64,000 nt of DNA from Dictyostelium discoideum. Its lineage: Eukaryota. Location: NCBI GenBank assembly GCA_000004695.1, contig CM000153.2, forward strand, positions 2,912,001 through 2,976,000, written 5' to 3'. Shown here piece by piece: positions 13,801-25,305 of this stretch. Numbering within the stretch: position 1 is the stretch's first letter; each line of letters opens with the position of its first letter. The notes under the pieces are model-generated. The model was not told the origin of the DNA and ran no database searches. It saw only the letters and a list, made by a program, of their open reading frames with translations. The position numbers and the translations under genes were made by a program.

Positions 13801-14921
13801 AGGCAAAGAAATTAAAGAATGGCAAATCTAAAAAAGATGGTGAGAAAAGTAAAAAGAAAAAAGGTAAAAGTAGAGGTAGAAAGAATAAATCTGATGATGA
13901 AGACTCTTCCGATGATGAACTTGATGATGAAGGTATTTCATCTGATGATGATGATAATAATATTAATAATAATAATAATAATAATGATAATAATAATAAA
14001 AACAATAATAATAATGATGATGAAGAAACTGGTGCTATTCAAAAACAAATCGTTGAACGTCGTCGTGCTACCCCTCAACAACGTAAACAACAACGTCAAC
14101 AACAACAAGAAAAACAAAATCATGAAAATAATAGTGATAATGAAAATCAAGATGATATTATTCAAGTTGATGATCATCCAACTAATGGTATTGAAAATAG
14201 TAGTAACAATAATAATAATGATGATAATAATAGTAATGGTAATAGTAATCAACAACAACAACAACAACAATCCAATAATGGTGAAACACCAACACCTGCT
14301 AAAAAAGGTAGAGGTAGACCAAGATTATCAAATAATCCAACTCCAATTAAAAGAAAATTAGATGATCTTAAGGGTAAATCTGATGATAGTCCAAAACCAT
14401 CAAAGAAATCTTTAATGTCTGAAACAGAAACGAGTGACAACGAACAATCAATGGATTCTGGTGATAATAGTAATAATAATAATAATAATAATAACAGTAA
14501 TAATAATAATAATAACAATGAAAAAAATAATAATAGTAATGGTGAACCAAGTGAAAATGGTAGTCAAGAAAATGTAAATGGTAATGGTAATGTGGCTTCT
14601 ACTGCTGCAACAAATGGTACATCAGTTCATACTCCAGGTAAAAGAGGTAGAAAGAAGAAGATTAGACCAAACCCTGAAGATGAAGAAAAGGATAAAGATA
14701 AAGAAAATGAAAATGAAAATGAAAATGAAAAGGAAAAGGGAAATGAAAAAGATAAGGATCCAACTTCAACCACTTCTCCTACCACAACTACCACTTCAAC
14801 TTCAGCAGGCACTTCTTCTGGTTCATCATCATCAGTTTTAAATACCCCACTTTCTCCTGAATCTCCTTTTACAACTAGATCAGGTAGAACAAGATTTCCA
14901 AAAAATTCAACTGAACAATAA
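9850..14921 (+). CDS. SWI2/SNF2 (Brahma/Snf2-like) chromatin-remodeling ATPase, about 1615 aa
   Basis: Main exon 10197..14921. It contains an HSA-like region, the SNF2_N DEAD-like helicase LKEYQVTGLEWLISLY...DEMGLGKTVQTIAF and DEGHRIKN, and the helicase-C motifs [41 protein letters not shown]. A SnAC-like region and AT-hooks (KKGRGRPR, GKRGRKKK) follow; no bromodomain is seen. Proposed 5' exons are 9850..9877 (ATG...GATGTTG|gtaag) and 9994..10085, with phases 1 and 0 fitting. Confidence in the two small 5' exons is lower, about 0.45. Confidence 0.85.
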
Positions 14922-15171
14922 AATAACACCAACCATGTTAATCCAAACAAAAAAACAAAAAAAAAAAAAATATTTAAAAAAAAAAAATAAAAAAAAAAAT
15001 TAAAAATATCTATTTTCGTTCATTTTTTTCATTTCATTCGTTCGTTTTTTCATTTTATTTCGTTTTTTTATTTTTATTTTTATTTTTTTTTATCAAATTT
15101 CATTTTACAATATCCCATAATCTGCAATGAAAATTGGGGTAAAATAAAAGAAATGTTTTATTGAAATTTAA

Positions 15172-15388
15172 AAGTTATGACCAAACTCTTAGGATCATTT
15201 CTAGAGTATCGTCTATTAAAATTATTCATCAATAATTTTTCCTCTTTCACAGCTAGGATGATGATATACACTCACTACACGAAAGCGTGAAACCGTTATT
15301 ATCGAATGATTCATTTATTCTTTATTAATATTGATGACCGTCTAATTCAGGGATGAATTGGTTGTGTGGTGGGATTCGTACTGGCTCT
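15172..15388 (+). ncRNA. U3 small nucleolar RNA gene, copy A
   Basis: The 5' region UAUGACCAAACUCUUAGGAUCAUUUCUAGAGUAUCGUC matches the conserved U3 GAC/A'/A boxes (yeast UAGGAUCAUUUCUAUAGGAAUCGUC, human GGGAUCAUUUCUAUAG). Box C' is GGAUGAUGAUA, box B-like GCGUGAAACCG (human GCGUGAAGCCG), and box C UUGAUGACCGU. The gene ends at a T7 run (15388..15394). A DUSE motif TCCCATAA lies at 15113..15120, about 55 nt upstream. Confidence 0.8.
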
Positions 15389-15540
15389 TTTTTTAATTAA
15401 TTTAACGAAAAAAAAAAAATAAAAATTAGATATTTGTTAATAATTTTTTATTTTTTTTTTTTTATTTTTATTTTTTTTTTTTTTAATTATTATATTTTTT
15501 CTATGATATTAACAATTAGTATAAATTAAAATTAAATAAA

Positions 15541-16150
15541 ATGGGTAATTTTTTTTTTTTAAACAACAAGAAAAGGAAATTTCAATTGTTGTAGTAAACA
15601 AAGAAAGAGAACTTGATGTTTTTTTGGTATGTTTATTTTATTTTTTTCTAAATTTTTTTTTTCATAGCACTATATCGAAACTAATTACCAATTTATTATA
15701 TGTATAATATAGAACGTCTATGCAAATTCAAGTGATCAATTAATTGGTGAGAAAATTTACAAGAAAGGCGATATTGAAGAATTGGTTGGTACCAATAGTG
15801 GTCATTATTCAATTATCATTGATAGCAATGGTGAATCCGATGACGACCAACATCCAGTTGGTATTGAAACCCATTTGGTAATAAAGAGACCAAACATTTC
15901 CAATGAAACTGGTTTTGGTAGTTTCGCACATAGGAACTATAATTCAGATAAATTAATTAAAACAGTAAAAGTTGGTAAAGCACTTTTATTACATACAAAA
16001 GAATATGTTGAGGCTGATAATTGTAACAAATTTTTCATTCTTGTTAAACATTTTAATGATTTATTTTATAAATTCATTCAAGAACAATGTAGTGGTGACA
16101 TTTACTGGGTAGAAAGAATAATTGCCATAACTATGCAAGATTTTGCTTAG
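15541..16150 (+). pseudogene. LRAT/H-rev107 (PLAAT)-like NlpC/P60-superfamily gene, copy 1, apparently disrupted
   Basis: Two exons, 15541..15626 and 15713..16150. Exon 2 encodes GDIEELVGTNSGHYSIIIDSNGESDDDQHPVGIETHLV, resembling H-rev107 [26 protein letters not shown]. Exon 1 has a T12 run that shifts the frame relative to copy 2 (stop after 17 codons), and the internal ATG is ATT here. A 1-bp shorter G-run (tgggt versus tggggt) removes the catalytic NCHNYA motif, giving ...YWVERIIAITMQDFA*. Confidence 0.55.
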
Positions 16151-16528
16151 AATATTTGCATTTATCATGGCCTGATTCTGTTGTATAACCAACCGATGAC
16201 TATCCATTTTTATTGGATGTTTTAAAAATCCAAAAATGTCCATCGATTGCAACAAACCAATCATAAAAATTTCCCTAAAACATTTGAGAAAAAATAAAAA
16301 AAAAAAAAAAAAAAAAAATAATAATAATAATAAATTATATTCTCATAGTAATTAATTAAATTAAAAATTAATTTATAACATGATTTTTAATAAAATTAAT
16401 TTTCATATCTTTTTTGAATAAATTATAGAATTTTTTACAATTAATAAAAAAGGCCAAAAACAGATAATTGTTATTTTGTTTTATTTTATATTATTTTTTT
16501 TTTTTACTTTAATATATTAAAAACCTAT

Positions 16529-18101
16529 TTAGTTGAATTCTTTTCCAAATACTTTTTCAAAGTAAGATATTAATGTATAATTATTAGATGATGATTGGTT
16601 TTTTAAAGTTTCTTCAAATATTTCTAGATTTGGTTTAAAATTTAAGTCTTTAATTATAAAATCAATAAAGTCAATATATCCATATTGAAAAGAAGTCTCG
16701 AATATACCTTCAAAACCGATTGTTGCAATTTCATCTTTATATTTTTTATAAATATTAAGGTTTCCATAAATTCGAGCAGCATTTTTAGTTACTGCAATTA
16801 ATTCAAAGAAAGGTCCATATGGTCGTGTTTGTTCATTTAGTTGTTGTTGTCTTGAATTTATTAAAAATTCAATTGTTGATATATCATTTTTTTTAACGAT
16901 TTCCAAAACTGTTTTAATCTCAACAAAATTTCCATATCTATTATATCCATTGTTTGAAAATATCATTTCTTTCATTTTATCAAATTGACCATTTAAATAA
17001 TAGCAAGTAAATAATCCTTCATTATCATCAGTTTTAATTTTATGGGGATAATTTTTTAAAATATGATATTTGTTTTCAACTTCTAGATAAATATATCTTA
17101 AACTTTCAATTTTACTATTTTCAATACAATCTATTAGTTTGTTTAAAGTTGATACTTGAATTTCTTTATATGGTTTTCTTGTAAATTGTTGGTCAATATA
17201 TTTTTTTAAATTAATATTATTTTTGAAATCATTAAAATTTTCAATCATAAAATTAATATCACATTTTAAAATTGAAATATTTTTTTGACTAGATAATAAT
17301 GTATATTGTTGATAATAATTATTTTTAAAATGGTTTGCAATTTTATAATTTGAAATTATTTGACCAAAACAAAATGATTTTTCAATTACAGTTGGTCCAG
17401 AAAGTTTTTCAAGTTGATTTTTAATATAATCAAACATCAATGGTGATTTAATTGATTCAATCACTGATGTATTACAAATTGGCGGAAGACTCTCAAATGC
17501 CATCTTAACCAACTCGATATCATCTGATAATATGACCTCTTTAATTAAGTCGATTTTAATATTTGGAATTGATTCAGAATAAATAGCTGGAATTTGTTCG
17601 ATTGCATCTTTATAATATTGATGAATTAATTCTTTTTGATTTTTAACAAAACGAAATTTACTATCTGAAAATTTACCAGTTTGTACTTCTTGAAATGGAT
17701 GTTTGTATTCAATTCTACCAAAAGAAGAAAATTTTTCAGGATAAAATATACCAAACATATTTGGATGAAGACATGAACTAGGTTGTGATTTTAAATCTTC
17801 ATTTGATATCATTTTGCTATTGTATTTAAATTTATGAAATAAAAAATTTTCAATTATACTTTCTTTTTTAAAAATGTGTATTATTGCCATTTCATAAATT
17901 GATTTAACTCTTTCATCATTTGGGTTGAATTCACCAATTGTTGTTGATAACTCTTGTTTTGTAAATGATTTTGAAATTTCATTTAGTTCATTTTGATTTT
18001 TAAAACTTTTAAAACTTTTAATTTCATTTATATATTTTATTACTTGGTTTTGATTATTTTTCATTTGATCATTCTTTGAAGGTAATATAAATGGATTGTT
18101 A

Positions 18102-18172
<71 letters not shown>

Positions 18173-18194
18173 TTTATTATCATTATTTTTATTA

Positions 18195-18273
<79 letters not shown>

Positions 18274-19348
18274 CATTATTATTATTATTTTTATTACTAC
18301 TATTGTTGTCGTCATTCAAAATTGACTTTAATTTTGGTTTATATGAATCACTAAAACAATTTAAATTATTTAACCTTAAAATTGTTTTACATAAATCTAT
18401 AATTGAAGATAAAGGATAAGAGAATGCATAAAGTTGAATACAAAGTTTTGTATTTTTTGAATTTAATGATTCATTTGGTGTTTCGTTGATAAATTGTGGT
18501 ATTTTAATCTTTTCAATTAAAAATTCAATCTTTTCATTAAAGTTATTATTATCTTTAGTGAAATAAATATTTTCAGGTGAAAATACAGTTTCAAACCATA
18601 TACTATTTAATTGCGATTCTGTAATATCATCATTTGATTTAAATAATTGATTGAAAATATATTGTGCAACTTTTAATGACCCAATTGCAATAGCATTTTT
18701 AAAAAAGTTAAATGATAATTTTTTACCATTTGAATAATAATAATATTCATTAATTACTTTCATCGATGCAACATTATCATAAACCAATGATAAATATTTA
18801 ATTTCTCTTAATGATTTTAATTTTTTATTTTTAATACCATCATCATTAATTTCTGTTGACAATGGTGGCAATTGAAAATATAATTTATAATTTTTAAATA
18901 AATTTTTAAAAAATTCTTCATCATCTTTGAAAACATTGAAAATTGATGATTTATAATAAACTCTTATTTTTTTAAATTTTTTAGCATCTAATTTATCTCT
19001 TGATAAATTTATAGGTAAATAAGTTTTATTTAAATCACCTCTCGAGTTTGAATCGGTTTGCTGATCATCTTCTGGTGAATTACTACTGAATATTAATTGT
19101 TCACCTCTGATAACTTTACATTTTAATAATTCTGTATAACCATTTTTTATCATCCATCCTACTCTAACAATTTCTTCATATCTATAAATCCCATTTCTAA
19201 ATTCTGATTTTAAACTTGTGAATATTAAATTTTTTATATATTTATTTCTAAAAACAGAAAAAAATAATTTTTCAATGTCATAATTATTATTATGATTATT
19301 ATTATTTTCAATCTTTAATTTTTTTTTATAACGAAATGGATCATCCAT
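16529..19348 (-). CDS. Hypothetical protein of 939 aa with a long poly-N tract; family not recognised; paralog 1
   Basis: ATG-initiated uninterrupted ORF. About 90% identical, with indels, to the 21402..24143 ORF. An (AAT)n tract of about 190 nt at 18108..18300 encodes N/D/K. Confidence 0.6.
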
Positions 19349-19642
19349 TTATGATTTTGATTTCAAAAAAAAAAAAACAAAATTTTTTTTTTTTTTTTAA
19401 GATTTTTTTTTTTTTTTGATCAATAAAAAATAAATAATAAAGAAAAAAAAATCTTTTTAAAAAATAAAAAAAAAATGTAATAAAAACACAAAAAGAAAAT
19501 TTAATTTTAAACTTTTTTCTAAAAATTTTATACTTTTTTCTTTTTATTTTTTCGTTATTTTTTAATTTTTTTTTTAATTTTTAATCCCATAATTGTATTA
19601 ATTAATTGATATAAATAAAAGAAATGATTTATTGAAATTTAA

Positions 19643-19859
19643 AAGTTATGACCAAACTCTTAGGATCATTTCTAGAGTATCGTCTATTAAAATTATTCAT
19701 CAATAATTTTTCCTCTTTCACAGCTAGGATGATGATACACACTCACTACACGAAAGCGTGAAACCGTTATTATCGAATGATTCATTTATTCTTTATTAAT
19801 ATTGATGACCGTCTAATTCAGGGATGAATTGGTTGTGTGGTGGGATTCGTACTGGCTCT
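19643..19859 (+). ncRNA. U3 snoRNA gene, copy B
   Basis: Near-identical to copy A, with one t-to-c change in the box C' region. DUSE TCCCATAA at 19585..19592. T7 terminator at 19859..19865. Confidence 0.8.
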
Positions 19860-20276
19860 TTTTTTAATTAATTTAATGAAACAAAAATAATTTTATAAAA
19901 AAATTGGTAAATCAGATTTCATCCAATAAAGGCAATAATTAATGATGTTATTTTATTAATAAAAATTATTATTTTCATTTTTTTTTTTTAAATTTTAAAT
20001 TAAATATAATAAAAAAAAACTAATTAATTTTTGATGATATTTCTTGATTTTTTTTTTATTTTGTGAAAATAAAATTAAAGGAAGTAAAAAAATAAATAAT
20101 TAAAAAAAAAAAAAAAATTTTTATATATTTTATTTTATTATTTTGACACATTTATATACACTTTTTTTTTTTTATAATATATTTTTTTTTTTTTTTAATA
20201 ATTTTTTTTTTTTTTTTTAGTTATTTTTTTTTTTTTTTCTGATGTTAATAATTAGTAAAAATTAAAATTAAATAAA

Positions 20277-20920
20277 ATGGGTAATTATTTTTTTAAACAA
20301 CAAGAAAAGGAAATGTCAATTGTTGTAGTAAACAAAGAAAGAGAACTTGATGTTTATTTGGTATGTTTATTTTATTTTTCAAAATTTTTTTTTTTTTCAC
20401 AGTACTATATTGAAACTAACTAATAATTTATTAATGTATAATACAGAACGTCTATGCAAATTCAAGTGATCAATTAATTGGTGAGAAAATTTACAAGAGA
20501 GGTGCTATCGAAGAATTAGTTGGTACAAATAGTGGTCATTATTCAATTGTCATTGATAGAAATGGTGAGTAGGATGACGACCAACATCCAGTTGGTATTG
20601 AAATCCATTTGGTAATGAAGAGACCATACATTTCCAATGAAACTGGTTTTGGTAGCGCCCCAAGAAACTATATTTCAGATAAATTAATTAAAACAGTAAA
20701 AGTTGGCAAAGCACTTTTATTACAAACAAAAGAATACGTCGAGGCTGATAATTTTAAAAAAGGTGTCATTCTTGGTCAACATTTCAATAATTTATTTTAT
20801 AAATTCATTCAAGAACAATGTAGTGGTGACATTTACTGGGGTAGAAAGAATAATTGCCATAACTATGCAAGATTTTGCTTAGAATATTTGCATTTATCAT
20901 GGCCTGATTCTGTTGTATAA
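20277..20920 (+). pseudogene. LRAT/H-rev107-like gene, copy 2, carrying an in-frame TAG
   Basis: Two exons, 20277..20360 (MGNYFFKQQEKEMSIVVVNKERELDVYL) and 20447..20920. Exon 2 retains the C-terminal catalytic-type motif GDIYWGRKNNCHNYARFCLEYL (compare NCEHF of H-rev107). It has TAG at 20567..20569 (NGE*DDD) where copy 1 has TCC (Ser). Confidence 0.55.
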
Positions 20921-21239
20921 CCAACCGATGACTATCCATTTTTATTGGATGTTTTAAAAATCCAAAAATGTCCATCAATTGCAACAAACCAAACCTCTAA
21001 TCAAACAAATTAAAAAAACAATAAACTTTTATTCTTTATTATTATTTTTTTTTTTCATAAAATGATATCATTTATCATTAAATATAATAATATTATATTA
21101 TTTAATTTATTTTATTTATTTTAAAATCTTTTAAATGATGTTTAAGGTAGTTTTTCACACATTTTATATATGATTGTTTAAAGTTAAATAAAATTTTATT
21201 GGTATGGTGTTTGTATTTATTGTGTTTTTTTTTGCTTGT

Positions 21240-21300
21240 ATGTGTGGAAACTCTGCCAACTAGGTTGGAACGAAAAATTTGAAATGGATCGAATTGAACA
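21240..21300. repeat. Degenerate fragment related to the 2765/3381 element
   Basis: tgtggaaactctgccaactaggtt...acgaaaaatttgaaatggatcgaattgaacaag resembles tgtggaaactgcctaggtt...acgaaatctaaactcactaaagatggaatcc...gaatgcaag of the tandem element. Confidence 0.4.
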
Positions 21301-21401
21301 AGTTTTTTTAATATTCAAAAAAGGAATTAAAAAGTTTTGCCAGTATTAAAAAAGGCAAAAAACAGATAAATGACATTGTTATTTGTTTATTTAATACTAT
21401 T

Positions 21402-24143
21402 TTATTTTAATATTGAAAAACCTATTTGGTTGGGTTCTTTTCCAAATACTTTTTCAAAGTAAGATGTTAATGTATAATTATTAGATGATGATTGATTTTT
21501 TAAAGTTTCTTCAAATCTAGAAAGATTTGGTTCAAATTTTAAATCTTTAATTATAAAATCAATAATGTCAATATATCCATATTGAAAAGAAATATAGAAA
21601 TCACCTTCAAAATCCATTGTTTCAAAATAATCTTTAAGGTTTTTTAAAATATTAAGGTTTCCATAAATTCGAGCAGCATTTTTAAGTGCCCTAATTAATT
21701 CAATGAAAAGTTCTTTTGGTCTTGTTTGTTGTGTTTGATCATTTTGTTGTTGTAGTTGTTGTCTTGAATTTATTAAAAATTCAATTGTTGATATATCATT
21801 TCTTTTAACGATTTCAAAAATTGTATAAATTTCAACAAATCTAACACATCCATTTTCTGAAAATATCATTTCTTTCATTTTATCAAATTGACCATTTAAA
21901 TAATAGCAAGTAAATAATCCTTCATTATCATCAGTTTTAATTTTATGAGGATAATTTTTTAAAACATGATAATGGCATTCAACTTTTGGACAAATATATC
22001 TTAAACTTTCAATTTTACTATTTTCAATACAATCTATTAATTTATTTAAAGTTGAAACTTGAATTTCTTCATTTGATTTTCTTGTAAATTGTTGACCAAT
22101 GTATGTATTTAAATTAATATTATTTTTGAAATCATTAAAATTTTCAATCATAAAATTAATATCACATTTTGAAATTGAAATATTTTCTTGACCAGAAAAT
22201 AATGAATATTGTTGATAATAATAATTTTTAAAATGGTTTGCAATTTTATAATTTGAAATGATTTGATCGAAACAAAGTGAATTTTCAGTTGGTTTAGAAA
22301 GTTTTTCAAGTTGATTTTTAATATAATCAAACATCAATGGTGATTTAATTGATTCAATCACTGATGTATTAAAATTTAGTGGATGAAGACTCTCAAATAC
22401 CATCTTAACCAACTCAATATCATCTGATAATATGACCTCTTTAATTAAGTCTATTTTAATATTACCAGAAAAGTGAGCTGGAATTTGTTCGATTGCATCT
22501 TTATAATATTGATGAATTAATTCTTTTTGATTTTTAACAAAACAAAATTTACTATCTGGAAATTTACCAATTTGTACTTTTTCAAATGGATTTTTATAAT
22601 CAATTTTAGCAAAAGAAGAAAATTTTTCAATTTGTATTTTTTCATGATTTTTATAATCACTACTAATAAAAGCAAAAGGTGAAGAAATTTTTTCAAGATA
22701 AAATATACCAAACATATTTGGATGAAGACATGAACTAGGTTGTGATTTTAAATCTTCATTTGATATCATTTTGCTATTGTATTTAAATTTATGAAATAAA
22801 AAATTTTCAATTATACTTTCTTTTTTAAAAATGTGTATTATTGCCATTTCATAAATTTTTTTAACTCTTTTATCATTTGACTTGAATTCACCGATTTTTG
22901 TTGATAACTCTTGTTCTGTAAATGATTTTGAAATTTTATTTAATTCATCTAGATTTTTAAAACTTTTAAAACTTTTAATTTCATTTATATATTTTATTAC
23001 TTGGTTTTGATTATTTTTCATTTGATCATTTTTTAAAGATAATGTAAATGGATTGTTATTTTTATTATTATTATTATTACTATTGTTGTCATTCAAAATT
23101 GATTCCAGTTTTGATTTATATGAATCATTATTTAAAATATTTAGTAGTAAAATTGTTTTACATAAACCTATTATTAAAGATAAAGGATAAGAGAATGCAT
23201 AAAGTTGAATACAAAGTTTTGTATTTTTTGAATTTAATGATTCATTTGGTGTTTCGTTGATAAATTGTGGTATTTTAATTTCTTCAATTAAAAATTCAAT
23301 CTTTTCATTAAAATTATTATTATCTTTAGTGAAATAAATATTTTCAGGTACAAATACGGTTTCAGACCATATACTATTTAATTGTGATTCTGTAATTTCA
23401 TCATTTGATTTAAATAATTGATTGAAAATATATTGTGCAACTTTTAATGACCCAATTGCAATAGCATTTTTAAAAAAGTTGAATGATAACTTTTTACCAT
23501 TTGAATAATAATAATATTCATTAATTACTTTAATTGATGCCACATTATCATAAACCAATGACAAATATTTAATTTCTCTTAATGATTTTAATTTTTTATT
23601 TTTAATACCATCATCGTCATCATTGTCATCATCATTAATTTCTTTTTCTTGATTTTTTTGATTTTGTTCTGGTAATTGAAAATATAATTTATAATTTTTA
23701 AATAAATTTTTAAAAAATTCTTCATCATCTTTGAAAACATTGAAAATTGATGATTTATAATAAACTCTTTTTTTTTTAAATTTTTTAACATCTAATTTAT
23801 CTCTTGATAAATTTATAGGTAAATAAGTGTTATCGAAATCACCTCTCAATTTTGAATCATAATAAGTTTGTGGACCATCTTCTGGTGAATTACTACTGAA
23901 TATTAATTGTTCACCTCTGATAACTTTACATTTTAATAATTCTGTATAACCATTTTTTATCATCCATCCCACTCTAACAATTTCTTCATATCTATAAATC
24001 CCATTTCTAAATTCTGATTTTAAACTTGTGAATATTAAATTTTTTATATATTTATTTCTAAAAACAGAAAAAAATAATTTTTCAATATTGTTATTATTAT
24101 TTTCAATTTTTAATTTTTTTTTATAACGAAATGGATCATCCAT
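21402..24143 (-). CDS. Hypothetical protein of 913 aa; paralog 2 of the 16529..19348 gene
   Basis: ATG ORF. It shares the N-terminus MDDPFRYKKKLKIENNNN...IEKLFFSVFRNKYIKNLIFTSLKSEFRNGIYRYEEIVRVGWMIKNGYTELLKCKVIRGEQLIF with paralog 1. The central poly-N is mostly deleted, and there is an extra roughly 30-aa insertion (FAFISSDYKNHEKIQIEKFSSFAKIDYKNP). Confidence 0.6.
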   Translation of the reverse strand: MDDPFRYKKKLKIENNNNNIEKLFFSVFRNKYIKNLIFTSLKSEFRNGIYRYEEIVRVGWMIKNGYTELLKCKVIRGEQLIFSSNSPEDGPQTYYDSKLRGDFDNTYLPINLSRDKLDVKKFKKKRVYYKSSIFNVFKDDEEFFKNLFKNYKLYFQLPEQNQKNQEKEINDDDNDDDDGIKNKKLKSLREIKYLSLVYDNVASIKVINEYYYYSNGKKLSFNFFKNAIAIGSLKVAQYIFNQLFKSNDEITESQLNSIWSETVFVPENIYFTKDNNNFNEKIEFLIEEIKIPQFINETPNESLNSKNTKLCIQLYAFSYPLSLIIGLCKTILLLNILNNDSYKSKLESILNDNNSNNNNNKNNNPFTLSLKNDQMKNNQNQVIKYINEIKSFKSFKNLDELNKISKSFTEQELSTKIGEFKSNDKRVKKIYEMAIIHIFKKESIIENFLFHKFKYNSKMISNEDLKSQPSSCLHPNMFGIFYLEKISSPFAFISSDYKNHEKIQIEKFSSFAKIDYKNPFEKVQIGKFPDSKFCFVKNQKELIHQYYKDAIEQIPAHFSGNIKIDLIKEVILSDDIELVKMVFESLHPLNFNTSVIESIKSPLMFDYIKNQLEKLSKPTENSLCFDQIISNYKIANHFKNYYYQQYSLFSGQENISISKCDINFMIENFNDFKNNINLNTYIGQQFTRKSNEEIQVSTLNKLIDCIENSKIESLRYICPKVECHYHVLKNYPHKIKTDDNEGLFTCYYLNGQFDKMKEMIFSENGCVRFVEIYTIFEIVKRNDISTIEFLINSRQQLQQQNDQTQQTRPKELFIELIRALKNAARIYGNLNILKNLKDYFETMDFEGDFYISFQYGYIDIIDFIIKDLKFEPNLSRFEETLKNQSSSNNYTLTSYFEKVFGKEPNQIGFSILK

Positions 24144-24421
24144 TTATGATTTATTAATAATTTAAAAAAAAAAAAAAAAAAAACAATAAAAAAAAAAAAC
24201 TTTTTTAATAAAAAAAACTTAATTTAATAAAGAAAAAAAAAAATAAAGAAATAATAAAGAAAAAAAACCCTTAATTTGAAAAAAAAAAAAATTTTAAAAA
24301 AAAAAAAAAAAAAATGGAGGGAAAAAAATTAGGTTTTCATTTTTTTTTTTTTTTTTTTTTTAATCCCATAATTTCTTTAATTAATTTATATAAATAAAAC
24401 AAATGTTTTATTGAAATTTAA

Positions 24422-24638
24422 AAGTTATGACCAAACTCTTAGGATCATTTCTAGAGTATCGTCTATTAAAATTATTCATCAATAATTTTTCCTCTTTCAC
24501 AGCTAGGATGATGATACACACTCACTACACGAAAGCGTGAAACCGTTATTATCGAATGATTCATTTATTCTTTATTAACATTGATGACCGTCTAATTCAG
24601 GGATGAATTGGTTGTGTGGTGGGATTCGTACTGGCTCT
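24422..24638 (+). ncRNA. U3 snoRNA gene, copy C
   Basis: Near-identical to copies A and B. DUSE TCCCATAA at 24364..24371. T-run terminator at 24638..24644. No LRAT-like gene follows this copy. Confidence 0.8.
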
Positions 24639-25305
24639 TTTTTTAATTAATTTAATGAAAAAAAAAATGAATTTAAAATTCTTTAACCAATAAACCAGAT
24701 TTTATTCTTTTAAGGCAATAAAAATTTAATTATTTTTTTAAATGGTTCCTGATTAATACATATTAAAAAAAAAAAAAAAAAAAAAAAAATTATAATTATT
24801 ATATCATATAAATAATTTTTTTTTTTTTTTTTTTTTTTAATTTAAATAATTTCAATTATCATGATATTTAATTTTAAATTTTTTTTTTTTATTATTTTAT
24901 TTTTTTACTTCCATTAATTTTAATTTCAACAAAACAAAGCAAAACCAAAAATAGACGAAAAGAAATCACACAAATTTGTGTTTATAAAAAAAAAAAATAA
25001 AAAAAAAAAAATCTTTTTTATTTTTATTTTTTATTTTTTAATTTTTTTTAAAAAAAAATTTTAAATTTTTCAGACGAGCATTTTTGACTCATCTATTTTT
25101 TTTTTATTTTTTTTAAAATTTAATTTTTTTTTTTTTTTCCCTTTTCTTTTTTTTTTCTTTTATTAATTATTTATTGTGTTTCATTGTTTATAACAATACC
25201 AATATAAAATTTAAATAATAATAATAATAATAGTAATATAAATAAAATTAAAATAGAGAATAAGATTAGACTGTAAAATAAAACAATAAAAAAAAAGAAG
25301 AAATC

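Noticed and set aside
16061-16264. Minus-strand ORFs antisense to the LRAT-like genes, here and at 20805..20987
   Set aside because: Antisense to better-supported coding sequence with family-level similarity on the plus strand.
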